DNA of 63,629 bases, filler included, from Sphacelaria rigidula (lineage: Eukaryota): NCBI GenBank assembly GCA_964200075.2. It is 7 parts of 7 records of this genome, joined end to end, with 100 filler letters (N's around TTAATTAATTAA, not from the genome) between each part and the next. Parts side by side here need not be neighbours in the genome. Positions count along the whole stretch, not along the records: positions 18,211 to 27,215 come from CAXNAA020009538.1; positions 27,316 to 36,319 come from CAXNAA020009540.1; positions 36,420 to 45,423 come from CAXNAA020009541.1; 4 more parts are not named here. The stretch is one strand, 5' to 3'. Within the stretch, counting starts at the first letter, position 1. Each line of letters starts with the position of its first letter. Position numbers and translations under genes: made by a program. Shown one piece after another: positions 26,701 through 37,282 of this stretch. The notes beneath the pieces are model-generated. The model saw only the letters and a list, made by a program, of their open reading frames with translations. It was not told the DNA's origin and searched no databases.

Positions 26701-26960
26701 TTCGTTGTGGTCGGGTCTTGCAGGGATCTGAAGCCGCACAATATCTTGCTGGCGGCTATTGAGCGAAAAGGGCAGGGTCTCGGAACACGAAATGGCGGCG
26801 CTCGATCAGACAAGGAAAAGGATCAGAGTAATGACGGCGAGGTTCGGGTGGAAGCCGAGGGCGCGCCGCGCAAGCTGACGAAGATGGATGATGTGGCGAG
26901 CTTCGTGCTTAAAATTTCGGACATGGGCCTTGGCAAGCAACTGCTCAACGGACAGAGCAG
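20742..26960 (+). CDS. IRE1: IRE1 ER-stress sensor kinase/endoribonuclease, 3'-truncated by the contig end
   Basis: Exons 20742-22407, 23461-23628, 24379-25081, 25586-25703, 26050-26225 and 26724-26960 have GT-AG introns and consistent phases. Signal-peptide-like N-terminus. Luminal domain (GTVDGQVHALEPDTGEVRWSFSTG, IGRKDYTVRAYD). TM helix (FVSVGLLAVTVMVVL). Kinase motifs LGYGSHGTVVYRG, VAVKRML, REISLLIESDGHPNVVRYF, IVHRDLKPHNIL and KISDMGLGKQL. The RNase (KEN) domain is not in the window. Confidence 0.95.
23157..23256. mobile_element. 100-bp piggyBac-type MITE in IRE1 intron 1
   Basis: TTAA at 23153-23156 and 23257-23260, CCC...GGG termini, and a ~24-bp imperfect TIR cccttggaccgcgaggttagtctt / aagactaatctcgcggtctacggg. 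Confidence 0.8.
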
Positions 26961-27215
26961 GTGAGCTCTGTGAGCTCTGTGATAAGGGGAGCCGGGAGAG
27001 GATGTCCTCATGATTTTGCATGCCGTAGACATGAGACCAATGACCTCGCATCCCTACAAAGCCGGGATGGAGCACGCTTTGTTTTCGCCGGACCAGGCTC
27101 GCAATCACTAAGCGCAAAGCGCCGTGATGTGTTCGGCGAGTCGCATGAGGGGTGACATGAATCCTGCTATGACAGTTCGGCCCGAGGGGGGGGGGGTGTA
27201 CTCATGATCATGCAT

Positions 27216-27315
27216 NNNNNNNNNNNNNNNNNNNNNNNNNNNNNNNNNNNNNNNNNNNNTTAATTAATTAANNNNNNNNNNNNNNNNNNNNNNNNNNNNN
27301 NNNNNNNNNNNNNNN
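27216..27315. other. Artificial contig spacer
   Basis: N44-TTAATTAATTAA-N44. Confidence 0.98.
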
Positions 27316-28729
27316 TCCAGAACAGGAGATGCTGTCTTGGTGACGGGCGCAGACCGACAAAGCTTGGCTGATGTGGTCCTGGGTGCAGGGCGAACCATCA
27401 TCACCGTCGTCTCCGACGACACCGAGGAGGCTGAGGTTTCTAAAGTGCTGGATGCAGCATGCGAGCAAGCACTTCAGGGTGGACAGTTCGCCCAACTAAC
27501 TCAACCGCCGAAACGGGTTGGACCAAGTCGTCTGCCGAAGTCCGTCCCAACCTCGAACTACTCAAAGTCTATCCTGGCTCAAGAGCAAACCATCGACATC
27601 AACATGGTCGACGACGATGACAACGACGACGACGACGATGATGGGGTGACGAAGGAAAACCAGGATTTGGCGCTCGAGGTGGCCAGGGACCATGCTCGGT
27701 TGTACGGTTTGAAAATTAAGGTGACCTCTAAAGGCTGTCGGGTTGCGACTCATTGTTTTAATATTGCACGTGCATATGCAAATACAAACGTAGGGGGACT
27801 ATCGTAGGAAGTGTCGAAGCAACGCTGGCGACAACTCGGAATACCGAGCATAGCTGCCCCCCTCGAGAGCTCTATAATAAATATTAGTGCAAATGAATCG
27901 TGAACACAACTGTTCCGCTGCTGCGGATGATACTGTCAGCACAGTCCATATCCGTCCCACAAAATAGAACAAACATCGTGATTTTTTTCGATCGACTCGA
28001 CGACCGGCCCGCAGGTGTTCCGATTCCATCCTCACGTATCCATCCCCGAACTCTCTCGCGCCCCCTCTCCATGCTCGCACGTTTGGTCAGGAATCGAGCA
28101 GGGGAGACCTGGGACTGTTTGCGGTGGAGGCGATGAAGCCCGAAGACTCACCGCCTGTGGCGTTGATGGGTTCCTTTGTGGTGTGCGATTTACTTCAGTC
28201 AGGGCAGGTGATGGAAATAGATGGTGTGCCTAGATACGAAATCTGTAAAGCGCCTCAGTTTTCGAAGTTGTTGCAGCCATGGGAGGTGTCGAACGAGGGT
28301 TCGACGTTGTACCTGAAACCCGAGCGTAGGACCTTCCTGTATTAGATGAACTCGTCCGAACCTGTCGAGGACGACACCAATGTTGTACCCAGCAACGTCT
28401 TCGCCAATGAGCACGACACTCCCGTAGTTGATCTTCAAGAGACGAAATCGATACTGCGAAGCAGCATTGAAGGCATAATGTTCAACGTCACACGCCCTAT
28501 TGGTATGGGAGAGGAGTTGCTCTGCCGATATCCAATTTTCGAGGGGAAGGCGGATGTGCAAGGTGTTGGTACCCAGGGTGGTTCGCCCGATAGAGACGTC
28601 GTAGACGGTACGGTTGATGGCGAGACAAAACGGGGCGGCGAAGAAGAGTCTAACGACTACGGCGGTAGTTCGGACGGTGGTGCTGATGATGATCAGGACC
28701 TTGATTATGTTCCATCACGAATGGGATAA
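27316..28729 (+). pseudogene. SET-domain protein gene (5'-partial) with in-frame TAG
   Basis: Exon <27316-27720 (AAG|gtgacc) splices in phase 0 to 28091-28729 (ggtcag|GAA). The product reads YGLKIK|ESSRGDLGLFAVEAMKP...FLY*MNSS...NV...IMFNVTRPIGMGEELLCRY, containing the SET motifs GxGLFA, N and GEELxxxY. The stop is at 28343-28345, and an acidic tail follows. Confidence 0.7.
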
Positions 28730-29537
28730 CCGTCCCTGTGCGACGAGGCATTTTATTTAGTCTTTTTGGTAACGTAGACATCATTCGCGATCCTCTGGTG
28801 GTGTTCGTGTGTTGAGATCACTTGTGGACTGTCTTCGAGTAGTGATTGCCTGCCGCCATTTTAGTTTTCGTTGTTGTTTAGGCGTCGATGAAAGAAACAG
28901 GGTAGAAGACGACGGCGACAATAGTGCAGAAAATTGATGTTGACCGCTTGATTCTGTCGTAGCGGGTGTTTCCCGCCATTGGGAGGGGGACTTTCGCCGC
29001 CAAATGCGCTATTTACACAAAAGAAAAGGTTAGTTTTTGCTCGAAAATGCGAACAAGCGTGATATTCCCTCGCGACACAACGGGTTTATTCGCAAGACAA
29101 TCGCTTGCACGTATCCGGATTGAGGGATGGTGCTCCGTGAGTGACAGTGATAACTTGATTCCCGAGACGGTTTCCAGACTACTTCGCGTGTCTTGTCGGG
29201 AACACTTCACGAAATTTGTCTTCTTAACATTGTGTACTATTCACACGAAAACAAGCGTGACATCGACATTTTTACGCATGGAGAGTAGTGAAGTATCAAC
29301 AGTTACCGCGCCAAGATTCTCCCCCAAAGTCGCAAGCAAGCGTTTTCGCATGAATAGTAGAGAAACGTTAACAGTTTGAACGGCAGGATTTTGCACCAAT
29401 GTGCGAGGTAAGTGTTTTGTCCATTAATGATGCAGGCACAACCGGCCGCTGAAAGCCATGAAAAGCCTGCTCTCAAGGCTGCTCTCAAGCCTGCTCTCAA
29501 TCGTATTGTAGACTCTCAATCTCACCAAAACACAGTT

Positions 29538-29582
29538 ATTTGCTGATGACATATATTGGGGGGTTTTCCGTGAACCAGCATG
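29538..29582. mobile_element. Terminal inverted repeat of a CA(G/T)GCTGGTTCAC-family DNA transposon (right end, followed by TA)
   Basis: atttgctgat...ttttccgtgaaccagcatg|ta matches the right end of the 59649-61192 element (atttgctgat...ttttcgtgaaccagcctg|ta). Confidence 0.7.
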
Positions 29583-30019
29583 TATGCTTGGTGACATCAC
29601 GACATTACTAGCTCGTGTACGCTAGAGACGGGTGGGGACTTGCATTCTTCGAATAACTCCCCCCACGATGAATCGTGCTCACACAGTCGACGTAAAAATG
29701 GTTGACGGAACGTACTGGTAAATTTGTTATTTACCCGCACCCCCATCGTCACCCCAATGACTAAAAAAAAAGACATATCCAGACCCCTCGGGTAAGGGGG
29801 GTGCAAACCGTGCTCTAGGGAAAATGTGCGTTGGCAGACATCAAATCGGCGCGCGCCCATTTGAATAAAATCGCGTTGTGGGCGAAATAGGGGCACTCGG
29901 GACTGCCAGCCCCGTCGAAAATCTGAATACTGGTGTTTACTCCAAGTAGTCAAGCTTTTCCAAGATGAAGGCGTATGCTTCACTGCCCACGATTGGGCGT
30001 GTCCAGACGAATATGAAAA

Positions 30020-30338
30020 GTCGACAGACACGCCACCGCAGGAGGTGGGGTTTAACCCAGGCCGAGCGTCCGTGTGCTGGGTGTCGGTAGTCGTTGCCAA
30101 GTTGAATTCGAGGAGGCACGTGATGCTTTGCAACCTCATTACAACTGTACTAACAGCTGTAATGAGTATCAACCGCGTAGTCGGTAGCCCGTGCATTGCA
30201 TGCTGCGGCACTCTTCGAACACCCCTTACGATTGGGCTTGTTTAGTCAAAAGTGAGGAGTCGACAGACACGCCACCCCAGGAGGTGGAGTTTGACCCAGG
30301 CCGAGCGCTTGCGTGATGGCTATCGATAGTCGTTGCCG
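30020..30338 (+). repeat. Two ~80-bp direct repeats
   Basis: gtcgacagacacgccacc.caggaggtgg.gttt.acccaggccgagcg...tagtcgttgcc occurs at ~30020-30098 and ~30259-30337. Confidence 0.8.
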
Positions 30339-31068
30339 CACGGGGGTCAAATGCCACGAATGAGAAGAACAGATACAATTGGAAAATTGGGAACGGTCAA
30401 ATGTGGGGAGTGACTGGGTTTCACAGACAGGTAGACTGACGGACAGACGCATTTCGAACTTCCGCCACAGGGACCCCTGTGTACCACTGGAGAATACAAA
30501 CAATCGTGTACGGGATGACGAGAGAATCATAACGCGTAAAATTCACGTACCACCGTACATGATTTTACGTTGTAGCACCCAGTACATGCTTTTTATTTCG
30601 GGCAGCGTACTTGAATACTACTCCCAGATTGAAGCCTCTTCGAGAACAAGAACTCATGTAGGCCCCGTGCTTGTGTGTACAGTAGATCCCAATCAGTTAT
30701 TGCACCACCCAAATTATCACTGCACCCGTCAACAGTGAAAAGGAGCAAACAGAATGCCACTGCATTTACTGCCGCTTCAACAGTCGCAACAACTTCATCT
30801 CTTGCAAGCGCAACTCACGTCAAATCATCACTTTGTAGGAAAACCGACTTAAACAAAACGAGGTAAGCTCGATTTTGTTCGACGGGGCGCACAAATGATG
30901 ATAATAGCAGTAACGACTGTTGCGGCACGCAACAACCTAGAACTCATACATACCCTTCTCGTTTCACTCAATCAGCTAGCACGTCCCGTAAACTTAAGAG
31001 CAGCACTTCACGACACCACCACTGGAGTCCGCCCGAATACCACGATTGAAACACGAGAGTAACCATGG

Positions 31069-33043
31069 TCATGTAGCTAAAGCATGGCCCTCTTTCTTGA
31101 CGTGCGCAAACAACTTCGTTCGAGAGGAGAAGCGCATCTCGCACACTCTACACCTACACTCGTCCGTCCCCTCGGGTTCCCCAGCCCTAGTACCCCTCGC
31201 TTTGACCTGTCCACCGTTCCCTTGCTGGGCAGCAGCCTTGGCTGCCTTCAGCGCTTGTCGCTTTCGTCGCCTCGCTCCCTTCTCTTCGGTTGGAGCACTA
31301 GGGTTGCTTTCGACGGGCCGCTGGGGCTCTGCCCTTCCCGTATTTCCACCAGCTTTCCGTCGCCCTCGCCTCCTGCCAGCAGGCCCCAGCATCTCAGGCT
31401 CACTTTCAGAATCTTCATCATCTTCATCCGACCCTTTGTCTTCCTCAAACTCACTCCCTCTCTTGGAGACAGATTTCTCATGACTCCGATGCCCAGTGTG
31501 CTTGCTGTTGTTTCTTATTTCTGGCGAAACCCCGTCGCGACTTCTAAACTCATTTTGTTGCCGCTCGCCCGGCTCTCCACTGCCGCTTCCAATCGACGTG
31601 GTCGCGGCGTCCCACATCAAACCATCCACCGCCGAGCACGAGCCCTCCACCATCGTGGCAGTCGATTGTCCGCCACCGGCTTCATCCCTGGCCGAACAGT
31701 CTACCCTAGCGCTTGTTGCGGAAGCGTCGGTCTCCGTGGCTGGCTGTGCCGCCCCGGCGGGATCTAACGCATCCACCATCAACGCCGCCGCGGAAGCTCT
31801 CGATCTGGCACACGCGAGCTCGCTCGCGTTGTCCGACCGTTCTTCGCCGTCACCACCCCTGCCATGTGATGCGCTCTCGTCGTCCTCGCTGGTATCGCTC
31901 TCGTCGTCGCTGTCTTCTTCGCTACTAGCACTGCTACTGAACACATCAAACCCCTGCCTTGCGGCGCCATCTCTGCGGCGTCCCGCGGATCCAGGTGCCG
32001 CGGCCCTGCTGCTTGTGCGCTCATCATTGCCGTCGGGAGATAGTCCGGCATCTCGCTCCGTGTACGGCGCGGCGGGAAGACCGCGGTCAGTCAGCGACGG
32101 CCCAGGTGTACCGGTAGCTCCCGTCTCGAGAATGGCATGTTGTGTCCGGGCGGTTCCGTCGTTCCTATTCGCGGCGGCCTCCGTCTTGTCTGATCCTAAC
32201 CCCAAGTCTAATCCCGTCCCTAACCCTAGCTCTTCTCGCAGTGCGTTATCCACGAAGAAGTCGTCCACGTCGTGTTCCTCCTCGCCGTCTTGCGATTGAT
32301 CCGCATCACGGTCATCCTCTGTATCCGTCTCGGATTGACTACTGTCTCCTCGCTGGCCTTGCCGTTTGCCGCTTGCTCGGGCCTCGCGCAGCATGTCTCT
32401 GTCGAGTTCCTGTTGGGCGTAGGCGGTGGATTGGGACTTGTATAATGCAACCATTAAGCTTCAATGTTCAGATTGGTCTGGCACTTGGGGCACGCGAGAG
32501 CGGGAATAGCGGGTTTTCCATCACAACAATGACCTGGAAGCTCGAGAACGCGTAGAGATTATGCGTGTGGGCAGCTTGAACTCGATACAATGAGGACGCC
32601 GTCTGTTCTAGGGGGAGGAATTGTGAACGCCATGCACATGGGCAAGAACGTAGTACTTGCTTCAAAACCCCATAGAGGAGCTTTAACTAGAGTGCAGCTC
32701 TGCAAGAGATTTGAGCACGGTACGTACAAAACCCAAACTCATGACTCAGCTGTAAATAGACCTTTCATATTTTGTCGCATATTTTCCCCTCTTTGTGCAG
32801 GACGAGCGTGTAATTTCTAAGATATCAACCCATCTCTCTGCCGGTGATTGCGCAACGATTTCGTGATCGAACATTGGATCATGGGTCATGACTATTAGCA
32901 CTACCATAGCCCGTCGACTTTTGTCGGGTCGTTATTCCTGCTCTTCTACACCCTCGTCGATAGATCAAGTCTCATACGGCTTTGCAGCCGACCGCGTGAC
33001 ATGCAGGACAACATCGCTCAGTAGCATCTGCTGCAAGCAACAT

Positions 33044-33090
<47 letters not shown>

Positions 33091-35833
33091 CTCCACTTCA
33101 TAGGACGATACGACATCTTGTCATGTCGACATGTATGGACATGGTCGAGTCAGCTTCTCCGTCAAAATTTCCATAAGAAACGAACGAAATTGTTACGCAG
33201 CTTTCTGTCACGGAGAGTTGTGACAGCTTTGCAAAACCCTCGTTACTTTCACTCTCAGGAACGCGCAGCCCGCCGAGAAGGACGACACAAGAACGTAGAT
33301 CGACCATATACCACGGCTGAGAACCGTCATATGGAGCAAGGACGGAACACTGAAATCACCAAAAACATCGTCAACTATTACAACATACGGACCTCAAGTT
33401 TTTTCTTGTGTGCCTTGGAAGTCTCGTGGTTGCGCATTTGCCCCGCTGATTTGAAGTCCTTTTTGCATACGGCACATCGAAACACCACGACCTTCTGGGC
33501 ATCACCTCCTCCACCTCTACCCTCGCCCTTGCCGCGTTTCCTGAGAGAGCACCGACCACAAGGGCGCGCGATGCGATGCGAAATACAGTCATCGCAAGCA
33601 GACGCGGCGACAATCTGAGACTGCAAGTTTTCCCGTATACGTACGGGCGTTGACTCATTTCCCCCAACCTTCATACGGTACCGCGTGTTGTTATCCTCAA
33701 CCATGTTCGCGGCAACGCTCAACATTTTGCACTGGCATGAAATATGTTCAAGGATTGGCTAAGGTTACGTGAGAATATGTCGAAACTGTTCTGAAATATG
33801 AAAACTGCCGTGAGATTATCATTAGATGCCGGCGTTATTCCGTGAGGATTTGTTTTTTTTCGTACTCTCAGGCCCCCCTCGCGGACTCGGGACGTGTCAA
33901 GAGTCGCACGGATCAAGCACCCCGTCTCTCAACAGGTGACCACAAACCTGCCGTGCGCTTTGTTTATCGAGAATTCGATTGGCACTCTCCCGCAGCCTAT
34001 CACACAATCGCATATCTCCTTGTGCGAAACGTTCCGTGCCGACAACACGATAGTTCCAGACATGGTGTAGACCTCTGCACAACGGAATTTTCCTGCAGAG
34101 CTGCATTTCCCTCTTCCTCACAAGCAACGATGATATCGCGTGCTGTGATGACTGCGTGATTATAAACAATACAACAGCGCACATAGCATCACTTCGAGAG
34201 CATCTTATCTCCCGAGGTCACAACTTACTATGGAATACACAGCTAGTCACCCCTCCAGTCACGCGAACCTCCGATAGACACCACAGCACACCGTTGCAAT
34301 ATCCACGCTTTGGGTGGAAGGCCTCCATCGCAACATCGGAACATGAAAACAGGCTGACCGTCATCGTCGACAATCTCCACACTATACCCAAGTGGCTAAT
34401 CTCAGTTCGCGAGCTCCACTCCCGGGGACACATGACCGTGTTCTTCACGCATGGTCCCCGACTTACACAATACTGTTGATTCGAGGCCACAGCTACTCAA
34501 TCCACATTTCTAGTGGTGGAGAGCTAGGATCGATGCGTCGCATCTCTTGCCGAAGGGCCCCCACCCTTGAGTGCCCACAGATGGGCAATCATCCCTGGCT
34601 CTCATTCGGTCACGTCAAAATGGTGCCGATTCAACAGATGAGACACCCTGGACGTTCCCATTTATGGTACATGGCACCCAATACTACACATATGGGTGGT
34701 CGCCCCTCTCACAAATAAAAGTTAAATATCCGCGCCTCCACGTAAAGCTCGGGGACTCAAGTTGGAGGCCGAGGCTTCAAATGGAAGGTTGGGGCTTCAG
34801 CCTTCAACTTGAGTACGTACTTTCCGGGAGGAGAAAACTTGGGAGTTCTGATTCGATGGTTGACCGTCAAAATGCTCATCGATTATGAGTTCGAAAGTGC
34901 GTTGGTTAAATGAAGCCTCAACTTGAATTCCAAGAATTCAAGTTGAGGCTTCAAGTTGAAAACATGAAACTATCGGGATGGCCTTCAACCTGCATCTCGA
35001 AGCTTCGACAGGTTTAAGAAAATGGAGGTTAACTTTTGACAAGACCGTTCACATAAAACGTTTTACTCGAACGTGGGAAAAGTTCAGGTCAAATATATCC
35101 ACATGAGATGTCGAACTTAGTGTCAATTCAAGTCCACTTTGAAAAATCCAAAATAACTTCCGACTTGAACGCTCGATCTACAAACTTGAAGCCCCGCCTT
35201 CAGTTTGAACTTTCAAGCTCTTGAACTCCAGGGTTCAAAAAACGTTTCAACTTAAAACCTACGCCTTCCAGCTTGAAACGTCGAAGCCCCGACATTCGAG
35301 TCGAAGGTTCAACCTCAGATCGACTACAAGTTCGACCCTTCACTTCAAACTTCACAGTCTTATCTAAGGAGTCAAGCTGGAAGTCAAAGCCTGAGGGTTA
35401 CAGGTCGGAGCCTCAACTTCGAATCTCTCCACGAAACCTCCAACGTGAAGGGCGGATCTTCAACTTTAAGCTCCGACTTTTAACTTGAACCGCTGGCTCT
35501 CAGCCAAACGCTTCAACTCGAATTCGTCATAATCGCGGATATAACACATGAACATGACTCACTTCCTTCCTTTCCTGGGACGGGATGCCCCATCAACGCC
35601 GTCAGCATCATCAGCATCGTCATCATCATCGCTCTCTCCCAGGCGAAACACTGGGCTACCCCCTTCCATAGCCCTCTCCAATTCCTCGGCTTCCTCCTCT
35701 GCTTGCCGTGTACGAGACCTGGAGAATTTTGGGGAGGGGGCAACGGATTCAATTCCATAGCCAAGGCTTACCTCATGAACTGCGGAACTCCAACTAAGGG
35801 AGCGCGCCCTTTCGATTTTCTTGAACGATTCAT
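31069..35833 (-). CDS. C2H2 zinc-finger protein resembling the C-terminal half of DNAJC21/Jjj1
   Basis: Exons 35833-35772 (tentative), 35718-35563, 33540-33393 (FRCAVCKKDFKSAGQMRNHETSKAHKK) and 32409-31069 (long acidic low-complexity linker, terminal CRVCEMRFSSRTKLFAHVKKEGHA*). Phases are consistent. No J domain was seen. Confidence 0.8.
33045..33085 (+). repeat. (AC)n microsatellite
   Basis: Direct observation. It lies in an intron. Confidence 0.9.
34745..35525. repeat. Degenerate repeat rich in TTCAAC/AACTTGAA/TTCAAGTT motifs
   Basis: The short motif recurs many times in both orientations within an intron. Confidence 0.6.
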
Positions 35834-36248
35834 TACCGCGCATTCTCTGACTCGCTAGTCGCTACAATTACAGCCGCGGGGACGGGATAGGCGTACTCGA
35901 GGTAAACCAACGAAAAAACTCTGGAATTTTGTATTCTTCATATTTTTTTTCAAAAGGAGAGTCGAAAAGAGGGTGGAGATTCTGTTAGGATGCACATAGT
36001 CATTGTGAGAGCTTGGAGTGCCGCTTATTGTAAGCTGTTATGTGTTTGGGGGCATGCATGTCCTTGCCGGTGCTTGATGATAGGTATAACACGGTGTTCG
36101 CCATATCAAACAGGCCGGTTCGCCCATCAAATGCGACGATGAGTCAAACGTTGTTCCCCGGCGCAACGTTTGATGTTTTGCTTGAATTTTTGCACACATG
36201 CTTGGAAGCATCATGAGAGAAGAAGAAAAAAAAAACTTTGGTATTCAG

Positions 36249-36280
<32 letters not shown>

Positions 36281-36319
36281 CTTCACATTAAAAACCGTTC
36301 CGATATCTGTGCGGTATAT

Positions 36320-36419
36320 NNNNNNNNNNNNNNNNNNNNNNNNNNNNNNNNNNNNNNNNNNNNTTAATTAATTAANNNNNNNNNNNNNNNNNNNNNNNNN
36401 NNNNNNNNNNNNNNNNNNN
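36320..36419. other. Artificial contig spacer
   Basis: N44-TTAATTAATTAA-N44. Confidence 0.98.
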
Positions 36420-37054
36420 TGTGATTTTCGGCCACCATAATGAAACAAACAAAATTGTAGGCCCCCCCCCCCCCCCCCCCCCTATCGTAGGATGACTCGA
36501 TGGAAGGCCTCCGGTTGCTTGTTTGCCCCCTGGAGGGCCGCGCATCCCTCCGGAGGCATTTTGGGATATAGCCAAATGGTAGCGTGTGTGAGGTTGTGCT
36601 TTTCGATTGAGCCTACATCCGTGCCTCCCCAAGGTATATACCTGTGCTCATACCTGCAATCGGGTATCTAAATAACAGTATACCCTCACCCCGGGTAAAG
36701 GTATGGGAGGCTTACAGAGCTTCATCTTGAGCCGTTTTCTGCGAAATTCTGACACGATGTACACGATGTATGTGCGAAGACTCCACCTTCAGGCCCCTAC
36801 ATATATTTGTTTTCTCCGTGAGTTGCAGGCGACCGAATATTTTGGAACAAAATCGTGAAAAATTCTCCAAAAATACGTCGTGTACATCGTGTCCGAGTTT
36901 TATAGACAACGGCCCAAAATTGAGCCGGAAAGTCGCGTGTTCACATCCCTGTCCGCGTCTTGGGCGGCCCAGCCTGTACACTCTGGCAAGTTTGAAATCT
37001 GAACAAGAGAAACTGCTCGAAATAGATCCTCACTTTGCCCGCCAATTCATCCAT

Positions 37055-37282
37055 AAACTGGGCAAAACGAAAACTTATTGCGAACAGTCTCAGCTGTGCA
37101 TGTCCCGCATTCTGCACCGTAATCAGCCGATGGGATGCGAGATGTGCAGCAGTAATTGTTGAAAATATCTCATCCTCTTGCCCCCCAATCCATAGATCGG
37201 TTGGGCTGAATGATGGAATTCTCAACAGCTTTTGCTGAATACAAATCCCACACACTGCTTAGGAGTGTATGTCCACACGCCT
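37055..37282 (+). repeat. Interspersed repeat, second copy at ~40598-40812
   Basis: Shared blocks gggcaaaa...tcccgcat.ctgcaccgt.atca...attctcaacagcttt...gtccacacgcct. Confidence 0.65.

Noticed and set aside
26960-28729. IRE1 kinase continuing into a SET domain instead of the RNase
   Set aside because: The join crosses the spacer at 27216-27315.
32195-32230. Telomere-like cctaacc repeats
   Set aside because: They lie inside a coding exon (LGLGTGLDLGLG on the minus strand) and are explained by codon content.
31496-32299. 267-aa plus-strand ORF (and 31084-31767)
   Set aside because: These are antisense shadows of the GC-rich zinc-finger exon.
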